A stretch of 64,000 nt of DNA from a virus (lineage: Duplodnaviria; Caudoviricetes), in IMG/VR virus record IMGVR_UViG_3300028832_000097, positions 96,001-160,000 of that record, one strand, 5' to 3'. A program made the translations under genes and the position numbers. Under the pieces are notes generated by a model. The model was not told the origin of the DNA. It did no database searches and saw nothing but the letters and a program-made list of their open reading frames with translations. Positions 19,843 through 29,902 of the stretch are shown in pieces (positions within the stretch are counted from its first letter, which is position 1; every line of letters begins with the position of its first letter).

Positions 19843-20995
19843 TTATACCCTCCGAAATTCCGTTTGCTTCAATATCTTCCATTATAACCTGCTTCAATGT
19901 CTCAAAATAATCCGGATGTTGCTGGACATATTCTAGAACTTTAGCGAATCCATTGAGCTTGACAGGCTTATTTTCAGCATCTATAAGAGGTTCGCGAGTT
20001 CTTGGGTCTAGCATAGTCATCCAAGCTCCGCCCTTCTTAATTATACCATATTTTTTCATAGCTAACTGACAAAAATCAATATCAACACGAATTCCAGACT
20101 GTGACATCAAGTAGTATTCGCCATTCCTTCTATCGTTAGGTGCTGATTTTTGTTTAACTAACTTAGCTGTTATCTTATAGCCTGCAGGATTTTCTGCAGA
20201 TGCAGGCAAATCATTACCAAGAAAATCTACAGGAGTACCAATCTTAAATAGTATTCGCAATGCAGAATAGAATTTAATTGCTTGTCCTCCAGGAGTTGAA
20301 ACAACATAAGGATTGTCCATGTTGTCCCTGACCTGGTTGATCAATAACATAGTGCATTCGTATCGAGCAAGTAAGGGCACTATTTTTCTGAGGAATATTG
20401 TCATCAGCCCAGCAAGTGCGGATACAGTTCGTTCACCATATTTCTTTTCAAGTTCAGATTTAGTTACAAGTGAAGGTATTGAATCAAGCACTAGGAGCCC
20501 AACTTGCCCAGATTCAATAAGTTCTTGAACCTTCTGAAGAATATCCTCAGCTGCAATGTTAGGTGGTTGCATAACTTCAATTTCAGTATTATCAATACCT
20601 AATGTGTGGGCCCACTTAGAATCAAAAGAATGCTCTAGATCAATATATAATACTTTTTTGGGTCCAATCTCTTGTAATTCCTCAATAGAAACAAGTGCAG
20701 ATTTATCCCCTGCAGATGCCTTTTCCTGCAATGAAATTATCCTATCCTCAAATTCTTTCTGAAAAATTTCAATAGAATTTTTACAGATATCAACAGCTGT
20801 AGTAGATTTACCACCCTGCGGATTACCGAAAAATTCTGTTATCATGTTTCTAGGAATGCCACCATAAGTTGAGTAATTTAGTTGAGGACTAGAAAATGGT
20901 AATCTAGGTTTCTGTGCAGATGCAGCTGCATCCATCAATTCTGGGCAGTCCCAATCCTTCTTACATTTATTTATTATGTCATCGAAACTCGACAT
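19835..20995 (-). CDS. recA: RecA recombinase
   Basis: GGIPRNMITEFFGNPQGGKST, YIDLEHSFD, LVLDSIPSL, INQVRD, TPGGQAIKFYSALR. Confidence 0.95.
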   Translation of the reverse strand: MSSFDDIINKCKKDWDCPELMDAAASAQKPRLPFSSPQLNYSTYGGIPRNMITEFFGNPQGGKSTTAVDICKNSIEIFQKEFEDRIISLQEKASAGDKSALVSIEELQEIGPKKVLYIDLEHSFDSKWAHTLGIDNTEIEVMQPPNIAAEDILQKVQELIESGQVGLLVLDSIPSLVTKSELEKKYGERTVSALAGLMTIFLRKIVPLLARYECTMLLINQVRDNMDNPYVVSTPGGQAIKFYSALRILFKIGTPVDFLGNDLPASAENPAGYKITAKLVKQKSAPNDRRNGEYYLMSQSGIRVDIDFCQLAMKKYGIIKKGGAWMTMLDPRTREPLIDAENKPVKLNGFAKVLEYVQQHPDYFETLKQVIMEDIEANGISEGISV

Positions 20996-21010
20996 ATAGT
21001 ATATCCTCCT

Positions 21011-21562
21011 TTACAATTGATATGGGGGTAGATCCTGTGTGCTCATAGGATTTATAGGATTAGATGATTCCGCAGCACGTCTTGAATCCCATATCTTCTT
21101 AGCACCCATGATTAATTCTCTAGAATATGTTAATTGATTTTCTACTCGAGTAATGATAGACGTGTAGCAAACTTCCATTATTCGATATTCAGCCATCGAC
21201 TGAACCAACTCATCTTTAATGATTTGCGAAAGTATGCTAGATTTCTCTCCAGTTTTAAGTAATTCAGCATTAAATGTTTTCTTCTGCTCAATCTCACGTT
21301 TGTTGTTTTCTAACTTTGTAACTTCTAGCTTTAAACGCAATTTATTTAAAGATTCGGAAACACTAAATAAATCCAGTGGGAGCTCGGTGAGAATGTATGT
21401 TAATTCTGCGTCAGTTATAGGAACTTGTTCAGACTTCATCCTAGCATGCAGCTTCTGTACTTCTGCAAATGTCGGAGCAAACACAGATTCGTAGATACTA
21501 TCACAGAACTGCTCCGCAGGTGCACATTGATTATCAAGTTCCTGTTGTATTTTTTCAAACAT
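21011..21562 (-). CDS. Coiled-coil protein, possible recombination mediator
   Basis: Helical 183 aa protein directly upstream of recA; function inferred from position only. Confidence 0.4.
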   Translation of the reverse strand: MFEKIQQELDNQCAPAEQFCDSIYESVFAPTFAEVQKLHARMKSEQVPITDAELTYILTELPLDLFSVSESLNKLRLKLEVTKLENNKREIEQKKTFNAELLKTGEKSSILSQIIKDELVQSMAEYRIMEVCYTSIITRVENQLTYSRELIMGAKKIWDSRRAAESSNPINPMSTQDLPPYQL

Positions 21563-21564
21563 AT

Positions 21565-22596
21565 TTATTGATGCTCCTTCTTAGGTAATTGACATAAATA
21601 AGTTAAAGCGACCTCTTGTAAATACTGTGTCGATTTCAATTCGTTGTTCATACTCAAGAGCTTATTTGCAAGTTTAAGGCACACGATAGAATGTGCTGTC
21701 CCATACTTAGAGATCTTATCATTGTACTGTGAGGGTATCAAAGTTTTTTCAATGTCCTGCAAAAAGATGTATTTAACTACATTGATTATAAAACTATGAA
21801 ACCCTTCAAACCACTTAACAAAGTTAACACCGGAATTATAGACTTCTGAAACAATACGTGTTACTTCAGAATTATCTTTGCTTGCATACGCTTGCAACAA
21901 TGCGAAATAATCATCATAGTTAGGTAGATTCAATGCAATTTCTAAGTTCGACAAAGTTACATCATCACTATAAGTAAGAGCCTTGTCTAATAAAGTTAAC
22001 GCATCTCTCATACCACCATTGGCCAATTTTGCAATAAAATTGATAGCCGACTCTTCATAAGTAATGTTGCGACCTTCTGCAATCTCGCAATCTAAAACAT
22101 ACTTTAACCTGGCAGTTATGCCCGCTAGACTAATTTTAGATAACTGAAACGTTTGTACTCTGGAAAGTATTGTCGCAGGTATTTTCTCAGGATTAGTAGT
22201 GCAAAACAGAAAAATACTTTTTGCTACACCAGATTCAATAGGTATGAGCAAACTTTGGAAAGCACTTTGGCTCAATGCATGGACCTCATCTATAATGAAT
22301 ACTTTATATCGGCCTACAATTGGATACTGCTGTGCTTCTTTCATGAGATTTCGCATATGCTCAACACCGCTGTTAGACGCCGCGTCAATCTCAATAGGCT
22401 CACCTTGACCCTCATTGAGTACGTTTGCAATACAACGTGCTATGGAAGTCTTTCCACAGCCCGCAGGTCCAATAAACAAGAAATTGCGATTGATATGATC
22501 TTTGTCCTCACACATCTTTCGAACAATATCTACAACAAGGGACTGCTCTGTGAAATCATCGAAAGTTTTTGGCCTATATTTCGTAGCTAAACTCAT
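21565..22596 (-). CDS. dnaX: DNA polymerase III gamma/tau-like clamp loader ATPase
   Basis: LATKYRPKTFDD, GPAGCGKTS, EIDAASNSGV, IIDEVHALS, TTNPEKIPATILSR, GGMRDALTLLD. Confidence 0.93.
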   Translation of the reverse strand: MSLATKYRPKTFDDFTEQSLVVDIVRKMCEDKDHINRNFLFIGPAGCGKTSIARCIANVLNEGQGEPIEIDAASNSGVEHMRNLMKEAQQYPIVGRYKVFIIDEVHALSQSAFQSLLIPIESGVAKSIFLFCTTNPEKIPATILSRVQTFQLSKISLAGITARLKYVLDCEIAEGRNITYEESAINFIAKLANGGMRDALTLLDKALTYSDDVTLSNLEIALNLPNYDDYFALLQAYASKDNSEVTRIVSEVYNSGVNFVKWFEGFHSFIINVVKYIFLQDIEKTLIPSQYNDKISKYGTAHSIVCLKLANKLLSMNNELKSTQYLQEVALTYLCQLPKKEHQ

Positions 22597-22641
22597 GTAT
22601 AACCTCCAAAATTATATCACAATTCACCAATAATAACGATT

Positions 22642-23430
22642 TTATCGCCCATATTCCTTACACTTCTTATAGTAAGGGCAGAAATTAGGTGTACACCATT
22701 TATCACCGGCAGGAAGACCTTCAGGAGCTATGTTTTTATCAACCATGTCCATAACATAATTAAATTTATCCCAAGTTTGAGATAATACGTAATCTGGGAC
22801 AGATAATTCGTAACATTTGATGTTCCCATATTGACGATCTACATACAGCATGATAACATGTTTTAATTTAAGCAGTGCACAATAAGCATACACTTGATCA
22901 ATATGTTCTTGCTTAGGACCTGTAAGGTTGTTCCATACACTGAATTCACATGATTTTATTTCAAATAAGTGATATTCACCATTCACACGAATAATTCCAT
23001 CAACTGCGCATCTTACTGGAGGGTTCACAATATCTAAGAAACTTTCAAGCGAATCTTCAGAAGGTGTACAGGTATAGGTGTAGTCAGGTGATAGTTCGTT
23101 TAAGTAATCCTCTAAAGAAATCCAATCGCCTTTTAAAAGTTCTGCAAGATTTGATTGTATTACACGATGGATAGCTGTGCCGATATCTGCAGTAAATTGA
23201 AGACCTCGGTCCGGATTAGGCATTGTATCAGGATCTACTCCTCTAATCCGAAACCAAGACCTCCTATTGCATCTAAGTTGTGAAGGTGCAAAGGTCTTAT
23301 GAGGTGCCCTTGCACGGTCTGCAACAATCTTAGAATCTACAAATTTCTCATAGTTATCCAGAAATTTTGCGCTAGTTATAGAATTAAATCTAGAAACTGC
23401 AGCAGAATTGATAGATCTAAAGGACATCAT
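22642..23430 (-). CDS. Cas4-like PD-(D/E)XK exonuclease (Fe-S cysteines)
   Basis: PSQLRC, GTAIH, DGII, EIKS, QVYAY, C-terminal C...CPY..KC. Confidence 0.8.
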   Translation of the reverse strand: MMSFRSINSAAVSRFNSITSAKFLDNYEKFVDSKIVADRARAPHKTFAPSQLRCNRRSWFRIRGVDPDTMPNPDRGLQFTADIGTAIHRVIQSNLAELLKGDWISLEDYLNELSPDYTYTCTPSEDSLESFLDIVNPPVRCAVDGIIRVNGEYHLFEIKSCEFSVWNNLTGPKQEHIDQVYAYCALLKLKHVIMLYVDRQYGNIKCYELSVPDYVLSQTWDKFNYVMDMVDKNIAPEGLPAGDKWCTPNFCPYYKKCKEYGR

Positions 23431-24533
23431 TCTACTCCAGCAAGTATAGTAGTAAGTGTGCCATCGTTGACGATGATCCCCTGTATCTCACCTTCTGATT
23501 TGAATGGACTTATTGATACATCGGATTCTCCGTAGTTACTGATGATTTTCTTCAGTGCTGCAAGCTTGAATTCTGAAGTATAAGCTTCAGAAGTTCCTGC
23601 AACATCAATAGCGCAGTTTACATTTTTATCATGTAATGAAACCTTACCAGATTCTACTGTAAAATTAATAGTATCTTCGGAAGTCGTTGAAAGCAACTCA
23701 GCCTGTGACAGAAACTTGCTGAGTTGAGAAGCTTTGCATTGAATTCCAGAATCATCTGTTTTCAGTATGTTGAGTATCATTTCGGAATTGTAACTTCCTA
23801 CACCTTCGTCAGACTCGTAGTATGGAGTGAATTCAGAAAGATATGTATAACTATCTGTAGTAGCAGAAATCAGATAGTTTCGTCCGTCAGCTGCCTTAGA
23901 AATCTTGCTATCATCCGGCAAAGAAGTAAACAAGTTAATTACAGTATCAGATAATAGACAAGTGTTGCCAAGCTTACCAAGTTTAGAATGTGTAAAAAGT
24001 GAATTATCAATATCACCTACTAATACATCACCATCACTGCCGACCCATACACGTGTATACACAGGATGTATGAAGGAAATTGCTAGTGCAAACAGCTGAT
24101 TATCTTTGATATACTTCCAACTAGACTTATCAATAGCAATGCGTGTACCATCGGAAGTTAACGGAGCCGGTGTATCTAGTTCGAGTTCATCTCCATCAAT
24201 CATCTTTGGCAATGTAAATTTAGACTTTCCAGAAGTGATGACTAACCCTGAGTCATTGATATCTAGCGTAACTGTATTAGACTCAATAGAAGACACAAGC
24301 TGCTTGAGAAGTAAACTTCCTACAAATATCCTAGAATCTCCTGAACCTTCTGAACTACCTTTAACCGATATTTCTGTTTTGATCGACGCAGTTTCAACGT
24401 TGATTTTAAGGATATTTTCTCCGATTGTCAGCTGAACTATGTTGCTCTTCTTATGATAGTTAGAAACATTAGAATTAATGATTCCAATATCAAGTGCGTT
24501 TGAAAGTGGTGTTGTGTTACAAGTAAATTTCAT
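23427..24533 (-). CDS. dnaN: Beta sliding clamp-like protein
   Basis: 368 aa, starts MKFTC, ITSGKSKFTLP motif, three-domain length; in operon with clamp loader and polymerase. Confidence 0.7.
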   Translation of the reverse strand: MKFTCNTTPLSNALDIGIINSNVSNYHKKSNIVQLTIGENILKINVETASIKTEISVKGSSEGSGDSRIFVGSLLLKQLVSSIESNTVTLDINDSGLVITSGKSKFTLPKMIDGDELELDTPAPLTSDGTRIAIDKSSWKYIKDNQLFALAISFIHPVYTRVWVGSDGDVLVGDIDNSLFTHSKLGKLGNTCLLSDTVINLFTSLPDDSKISKAADGRNYLISATTDSYTYLSEFTPYYESDEGVGSYNSEMILNILKTDDSGIQCKASQLSKFLSQAELLSTTSEDTINFTVESGKVSLHDKNVNCAIDVAGTSEAYTSEFKLAALKKIISNYGESDVSISPFKSEGEIQGIIVNDGTLTTILAGVE

Positions 24534-24576
24534 GTATTGACCTCCTTATGATTATACATATACTATAACGATTTTA

Positions 24577-27141
24577 CTATTTCCCGTAAGTCACTCTTCG
24601 CTCAATATCGTCAAGAAATTCTTCCTGTGTTACGTGAAATCTACCTAAATAATGTGTAATACCTTCATTGTATTCATCACTTATGATTCCATTAACACCT
24701 AAAGCAGCATCACCTCTAGGTTTACTGCCGTCTTCATTTTTAAAAACTGGTAATTTATATTCCATTTCAAATAAATGATACTGTATCCATTTCACTTCTT
24801 CCGGATCTTTAGTTAGAATACTAGTAGGTTTAGGGTACTTGCAAGGATATTCCATGCCGTACCACCGAAGTGTAGTTGTTACGTCGCATTTACTTGGAAA
24901 TGGCAAGTATTCTGCAGCTTTACACATCATTTCACTGAGAAGTTCACCGCCACGTTTATAATTTTCAATCTTAACTTCTGCAAGCAACTCATCATGTATA
25001 GGGGTTAATAACCTACCTCCTATGTCTTTCCACTCCTGATTATTTTCTAGCATCAAGATAGCAAGTTTGGTTTGGTCTGCAGCACTGCCTTGTATTACAC
25101 TATTAACAGTCTGTCTTGTAGCATCATTGATCTTACTAGAATTATTAGTTACTTTAATACCTTCCTCGTATAGCTCACGAGTTCTTCTCGCAATCTGACC
25201 AAAATATTTGTAACTATTGAATTCATCAGTAAGTAGTTTAACAATTCTTTCTGGAATGTCAGATTTATGCTGAAGCGTTGTAGGATCTAACGGATCTATA
25301 TCAGGGTTCACATAATTCTTCATTGCGGAGAATTGAAATCTAGGTAACTGCATGTCTGGAAGATGCCTACGCCTTCCAAGAATTGTTTCAGTGTATCCTA
25401 ATTTTCGAGCAGATGCTTGAGTATTAACCATAAGCCGCTGAAGTCCCGGAAATGCTTTCATAACAGAGTCATATACTCGTTGTGCAGCTTTTACTTTAGC
25501 TTCATCTGACATATCATCTCTATGACCATAAAGCTGCTCCGCAATAGACGGAATAGCACGGCCATAACAAATACCTAACAATACTGTTTTGGCCTCACCT
25601 CTTCGAGCTTTACCATCAGGCTGATATTCATGAGTTTCAGGATGGAATTCCAAACAGTTTTCATAAGGTACACCAAATGCTAAACTAGCGATACTTGCAT
25701 AAATATCTCTATCTTGAATAAATGAATCAATCATTCCTTTATCTTGAGATACAAATGCTGTTATTCTAGGTTCCTGGGCCGAGTAATCGCTGGACAACAT
25801 AACATATCCAGGAGTAGCTCTAAACATATGGCGAATATCTGTTGCATGCGAAGGAATGTTCATCATGTTTGGCTCCGAAGAACTCAGACGTCCTGTGGAT
25901 GCGCCGATCTGATTGAACCTAGCATGAATTCTACTATCAGAAGTAGTTGCTTTAGGCATCTTCTCTACAAACGTACTTATGAGTACCCCAAAACTTCTGA
26001 CCTTCAGTATCTGATTTGTGATAGGAAGATTCATTTCTTTGAGTACTTCTTTATCAGTAGACTGTCCTTTGCCTGCAGGCAATTCCATTATGTTATACAA
26101 TAGATGTTTTACATGCAAAGTAGATTTAGGGTTGAAATTAGCCCCGCTAGTAAACGGTTGAGTTGTACCAAATGATTTTGTATATGGATGATCCGCTAAC
26201 TGTTGATCTACCATTTCTGCAAGTTTTGCTTTCTCTTTAGCCTCCTCTTCCTTGTATCGAGGTACAAGCATACTTGCAGTTTCTTTATCAAGATAGATAC
26301 CTAATCTATGCATGTTTTGACAGATAGGTGCAAGTGGAAATTCTACATTCCAAACCAAATCAGCAATACTTTCTAAATGTGCCTTTTTACACTTCTCATG
26401 AGTTTTTGTTACATAAGGTAACTGCCATTTGAAAAGTTCATAAGTAATCTTAGCGTCGTTGGCTGCATATAACTTAGCAACATCTGGCTTACAATATGGA
26501 AATAGTTTTGGAGAGAAGAAATCGTTGAACTTCATTGGATCTCCGTGGCCTTTAAGCACATACTTATTATAAAGTACTTTCAAGGCATTGTCAGGCTCAT
26601 TCTCCTTCAAACATCTCCATGCTAAAATTACATCATAGTAGAATGCAGGATTTAAATCTACTTTTAGATCCTTATACACCATTGCAGAGTCGAAATCAAA
26701 GTTAGCAAAAATCAGCTTAGTATCTGCATCTACTAATCTTTGAAATTCTAACCCTACATCCTCATATGAAAGTTGATTTTTGTACGGTGTATCAAATATA
26801 GGGACTAGATGCTTCATAGGGATGTAACATTCATCACCCCCGGGATAATACAAAGAAGCCCCTACAATAGTATCTCGTATTCTATCAAGACCTGTAGTCT
26901 CTGTATCTAGGCCAGCATATCCTGCATCAATACATTCATCTATGTAATCATGTAACTGGAACTTGTCTGTAATAAGTATGGCAGGCGAATCCTTAAAGTA
27001 CTCAATTACTTTTTGAGATGTCGCCTGCAGCTCATCATTTATTCCTTTAGATGCAACGGATTTAGGAGGCTCTAGTAATTCTTTGCTTTTGGCAGCAACT
27101 TGATTTATTTGTTCAAGTTGCGATGCACTAAACAGCCCCAT
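24577..27141 (-). CDS. polA: Family A DNA polymerase with 3'-5' exonuclease (Leu at the E. coli 762 position)
   Basis: DTETTGLD and YAANDA exonuclease motifs; TGRLSSSEPN; motif A DYSAQEPR; motif B RGEAKTVLLGICYG; motif C IHDEL. Confidence 0.95.
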   Translation of the reverse strand: MGLFSASQLEQINQVAAKSKELLEPPKSVASKGINDELQATSQKVIEYFKDSPAILITDKFQLHDYIDECIDAGYAGLDTETTGLDRIRDTIVGASLYYPGGDECYIPMKHLVPIFDTPYKNQLSYEDVGLEFQRLVDADTKLIFANFDFDSAMVYKDLKVDLNPAFYYDVILAWRCLKENEPDNALKVLYNKYVLKGHGDPMKFNDFFSPKLFPYCKPDVAKLYAANDAKITYELFKWQLPYVTKTHEKCKKAHLESIADLVWNVEFPLAPICQNMHRLGIYLDKETASMLVPRYKEEEAKEKAKLAEMVDQQLADHPYTKSFGTTQPFTSGANFNPKSTLHVKHLLYNIMELPAGKGQSTDKEVLKEMNLPITNQILKVRSFGVLISTFVEKMPKATTSDSRIHARFNQIGASTGRLSSSEPNMMNIPSHATDIRHMFRATPGYVMLSSDYSAQEPRITAFVSQDKGMIDSFIQDRDIYASIASLAFGVPYENCLEFHPETHEYQPDGKARRGEAKTVLLGICYGRAIPSIAEQLYGHRDDMSDEAKVKAAQRVYDSVMKAFPGLQRLMVNTQASARKLGYTETILGRRRHLPDMQLPRFQFSAMKNYVNPDIDPLDPTTLQHKSDIPERIVKLLTDEFNSYKYFGQIARRTRELYEEGIKVTNNSSKINDATRQTVNSVIQGSAADQTKLAILMLENNQEWKDIGGRLLTPIHDELLAEVKIENYKRGGELLSEMMCKAAEYLPFPSKCDVTTTLRWYGMEYPCKYPKPTSILTKDPEEVKWIQYHLFEMEYKLPVFKNEDGSKPRGDAALGVNGIISDEYNEGITHYLGRFHVTQEEFLDDIERRVTYGK

Positions 27142-27156
27142 CTAGCACCTCCGAAC

Positions 27157-27909
27157 TTAGAAACTTACATCATCGTCATCCAGTGTCTCAACACCCTCAG
27201 CAGTAACATCAACATCTGCAGATGCAGTGTTGTCAATTACAGTAGTTACTGGGGGCATAACAGAATCTACGCGATTGATAGCAGCCGGAACAGATACCCT
27301 AGGAGTTGCTACGTACTCACCAAGATTTGCTGTAGAAGCTGTATTATCACCTGTATTCATGAGTAATTCCGACAACTTGAATGTAGGATATTCGACAACT
27401 ACCTGTTCATAATCTTTAGGCATAGAAGTATTGAACTTGACAAGAATATCATCATAAGTTGCAATGGTATTGAGGCCAATGGCTCGAATTTCATACCTAG
27501 TATCTCGGCTCTGTGCCTCTCCATGACGTGTAATCCTAAATACACACTCGCTTGGATTGGGATACTTGTTAAAAACATCTGCCATCAACTGCGGTTCAAA
27601 ATAAGTTGTACGATCAAAATATCTGATCTCTGGATTCTCCAGCGTCTCTCCGTTCTTTGCAATGACATACAATGGTATGAATATCTTGTTTTGAATTCGG
27701 ATACCCTTTTCGCATGCAGGACAGCCTGCGCCACAACAATGCACATACCCAGAATAATCCGAAGATTTAATGTAATGAACGTCGGCAATCATAACATCTC
27801 CGACGCTCTTATACATAAAGATTACGTCTGCGTATTCTCCGTCGTTCTGGAGTGTAAAAAATCCTTTGTTCTTTTCAGCATTGTACTGATTGAGTGATTT
27901 GAAAGCCAT
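27157..27909 (-). CDS. Single-stranded DNA-binding protein (phage type, Zn-binding)
   Basis: FFTLQNDG, VH...C...CPAC, ITRHG..DTRYE, acidic tail DDDDVSF; upstream of polymerase. Confidence 0.7.
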   Translation of the reverse strand: MAFKSLNQYNAEKNKGFFTLQNDGEYADVIFMYKSVGDVMIADVHYIKSSDYSGYVHCCGAGCPACEKGIRIQNKIFIPLYVIAKNGETLENPEIRYFDRTTYFEPQLMADVFNKYPNPSECVFRITRHGEAQSRDTRYEIRAIGLNTIATYDDILVKFNTSMPKDYEQVVVEYPTFKLSELLMNTGDNTASTANLGEYVATPRVSVPAAINRVDSVMPPVTTVIDNTASADVDVTAEGVETLDDDDVSF

Positions 27910-27945
27910 AAATGGTTCCTCCTGTTTTGATCTTTATTGATATAG

Positions 27946-28368
27946 TTACAATAACGATTCTTTATTCCAACTTACATAAGAATCGTTTGTTTCACGAAGT
28001 TTGAGCTCTTTGAGTATTACTCCGGGTTCTTTGAGATTAAGTAATCCTTGTAATAAAACTGCAATGTTGTTGCATATTGCTTCCGCGCAGAGTGGGTACT
28101 CTACTTCCTTGCTCTGAACGCCACTGCGAGTCATCGCTCGAGCAATGTCCGCTCCGAAAGAATCACCAGCGGAATACAAGAAAGTGTTATCAAAAGAAGC
28201 CTGTTTCATGTATTTTTGCAATCTAGAAAACTCAATTATCATCTTATCATCTTCAGCACGCTGAGGGCATTCCACAGTAGCTTCTAACTTATACTGATAT
28301 GCATTGAGCATTCCATCTCTAACATATGCAGCACTGAATGTAGTTCGTGTAGTTACGTCTAAATTCAT
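27946..28368 (-). CDS. QueD/PTPS-like T-fold protein lacking the Zn-binding histidines
   Basis: FSAA, Y.LEATV, MIIEFSRL, FDNTFL, AEAIC and LRETNDSYV follow the QueD template, but the ORF contains no His. Confidence 0.6.
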   Translation of the reverse strand: MNLDVTTRTTFSAAYVRDGMLNAYQYKLEATVECPQRAEDDKMIIEFSRLQKYMKQASFDNTFLYSAGDSFGADIARAMTRSGVQSKEVEYPLCAEAICNNIAVLLQGLLNLKEPGVILKELKLRETNDSYVSWNKESLL

Positions 28369-28580
28369 AAACTAACCTCCATAACTCCAGAAATATAATC
28401 TCTACAATGTGTATCATTAACTTCGTAAGATATGCATACGCTATGTTCAAACACACCCGGTACGGTACTACTAGGTACAATACTGTACTGGATATCAAGA
28501 ACACGCTTATCTGCAATGAATGCATTTACTGAATCTTCTACAACTAATGCAGACTCATTGTGAAATATTTTGATTTTCAT
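28365..28580 (-). CDS. Small hypothetical protein (Cse60-like pattern)
   Basis: KIKIF...EDSVNAFI...VLDIQYS. Confidence 0.5.
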   Translation of the reverse strand: MKIKIFHNESALVVEDSVNAFIADKRVLDIQYSIVPSSTVPGVFEHSVCISYEVNDTHCRDYISGVMEVSL

Positions 28581-28896
28581 TAGTATTTAACCCCTTTCTG
28601 ATATCCCAAGCTGCTAAGAAATAGAATATCCAAGATTTATCAGATGTTTTGTATCCGTATGCAATTGCATTGACCATGAAGTATGTCAATTGAGAATAAC
28701 ATTCTTCTAAATCGCAAGACATTGTTACCTCATAGTAGATGTCCTGCACCGCAAGATATTCCTCCATATCTCTGATAGCAAAGAGATTATTGCGAGCAGC
28801 TAGTGTAGTGTAATAGCTTTTCAGATCCAGATATCCAATTTTCTTAGAAGAAAGATAAGAAGTATAGTCAGTCTTAACAAATTCATAAGGTGTCAT
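28555..28896 (-). CDS. Hypothetical protein
   Basis: ORF; start moved to MTPY after AAGGAGG. Confidence 0.55.
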   Translation of the reverse strand: MTPYEFVKTDYTSYLSSKKIGYLDLKSYYTTLAARNNLFAIRDMEEYLAVQDIYYEVTMSCDLEECYSQLTYFMVNAIAYGYKTSDKSWIFYFLAAWDIRKGLNTNENQNISQ

Positions 28897-28919
28897 GGTC
28901 ACAACCTCCTTACAAACAA

Positions 28920-29549
28920 TCACTGAAATGCGGGTGCAAACTTAGCAAGCTTGATTCGAAGATCAGAAATGATGCTCGCACGCTTCTCGTCAGAAATACG
29001 TTTAGCAGCAGGCTTCTCACCGATGAGTTCATCTACTATCGCAAGAGTGTTCTTATCGTCACCAACAACGTTCCAGAAATCAATACGCTCAAGATCGGAC
29101 AAACAAGAATCTTCGCATACAGCTTCTAAAAAATCGAAGAGATTCATAGGACCATCAGGGCCTTCTACGATATTACTAGTTTCCTTCTCACCGCGTTCCT
29201 TTGCACTCTTTATATCATGGCAGATACAATACAGGCAGTTATAACTAACTCGGTAGATGTAAGCAGCTGTATATTTCTTCGGATCCTTTTCAAGAACTGC
29301 AACATTCTTCTGGAGATACTGCAATACAGTAGAAACACCATCCTCATCAGTAGAATATCTCAAGAAAGTATCCTGCTTGTACCATGCGTAGATAATCTGA
29401 TCAAAAAACTGCACAAATAAAGCCGCCGCCTTATCTTCAGCAGGGAGTGCATTCCATGCGTTGTAAGACAGCGGATCTGTATATCCAAGATAGTTTATAA
29501 ACAATGAACGAGTTTCATAAAAAGGTGTTTTTACAGTTGAATTAGACAT
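28920..29549 (-). CDS. Divergent sigma-70/ECF region-2-like transcription factor
   Basis: ALFVQFFDQII...EDGVSTVLQYL...YTAAYIYRVSYNCL resembles sigma region 2; no clear region 4. Confidence 0.45.
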   Translation of the reverse strand: MSNSTVKTPFYETRSLFINYLGYTDPLSYNAWNALPAEDKAAALFVQFFDQIIYAWYKQDTFLRYSTDEDGVSTVLQYLQKNVAVLEKDPKKYTAAYIYRVSYNCLYCICHDIKSAKERGEKETSNIVEGPDGPMNLFDFLEAVCEDSCLSDLERIDFWNVVGDDKNTLAIVDELIGEKPAAKRISDEKRASIISDLRIKLAKFAPAFQ

Positions 29550-29668
29550 TGATTTAATCTCCTAACTTAAATGATGTTTGATGTGCTGATAAGTATTGAT
29601 GTTAGCCTCATCCTACAATTATATTATAGACGTTTATTGCAAAATTAAAAGACAAAATTTTGGTTTAT

Positions 29669-29902
29669 TTAAAATTCTTTGTGTGGAATCCGAACAACTA
29701 ACTCATCCACACCTAATGCATCTAAGTACGCTACTAACGTATTCATTCGAGGATACTGTTTACCTTGTTCCACCATACTGATAGTAGAAATACTTACACC
29801 GGAAAGGTTTTCAACTTCAAGTATTTTTAACCCCTTAGATGTTCGCAACTTACGCAACTCTGAACCTAACTCTGATGCACTAGAAATTGTAACTCGGTTC
29901 AT
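29669..29902 (-). CDS. XRE-family HTH regulator
   Basis: LRKLRTSKGL...SGVSISTISMVEQGKQYPRMNTL. Confidence 0.85.
   Translation of the reverse strand: MNRVTISSASELGSELRKLRTSKGLKILEVENLSGVSISTISMVEQGKQYPRMNTLVAYLDALGVDELVVRIPHKEF

Noticed and set aside
29610-29660. Sigma-A promoter upstream of the 29549 gene
   Set aside because: TATAAT is present but the TTGCAA/TTGTCT spacing is wrong; AACGTCTATA may instead be a variant of the phage motif
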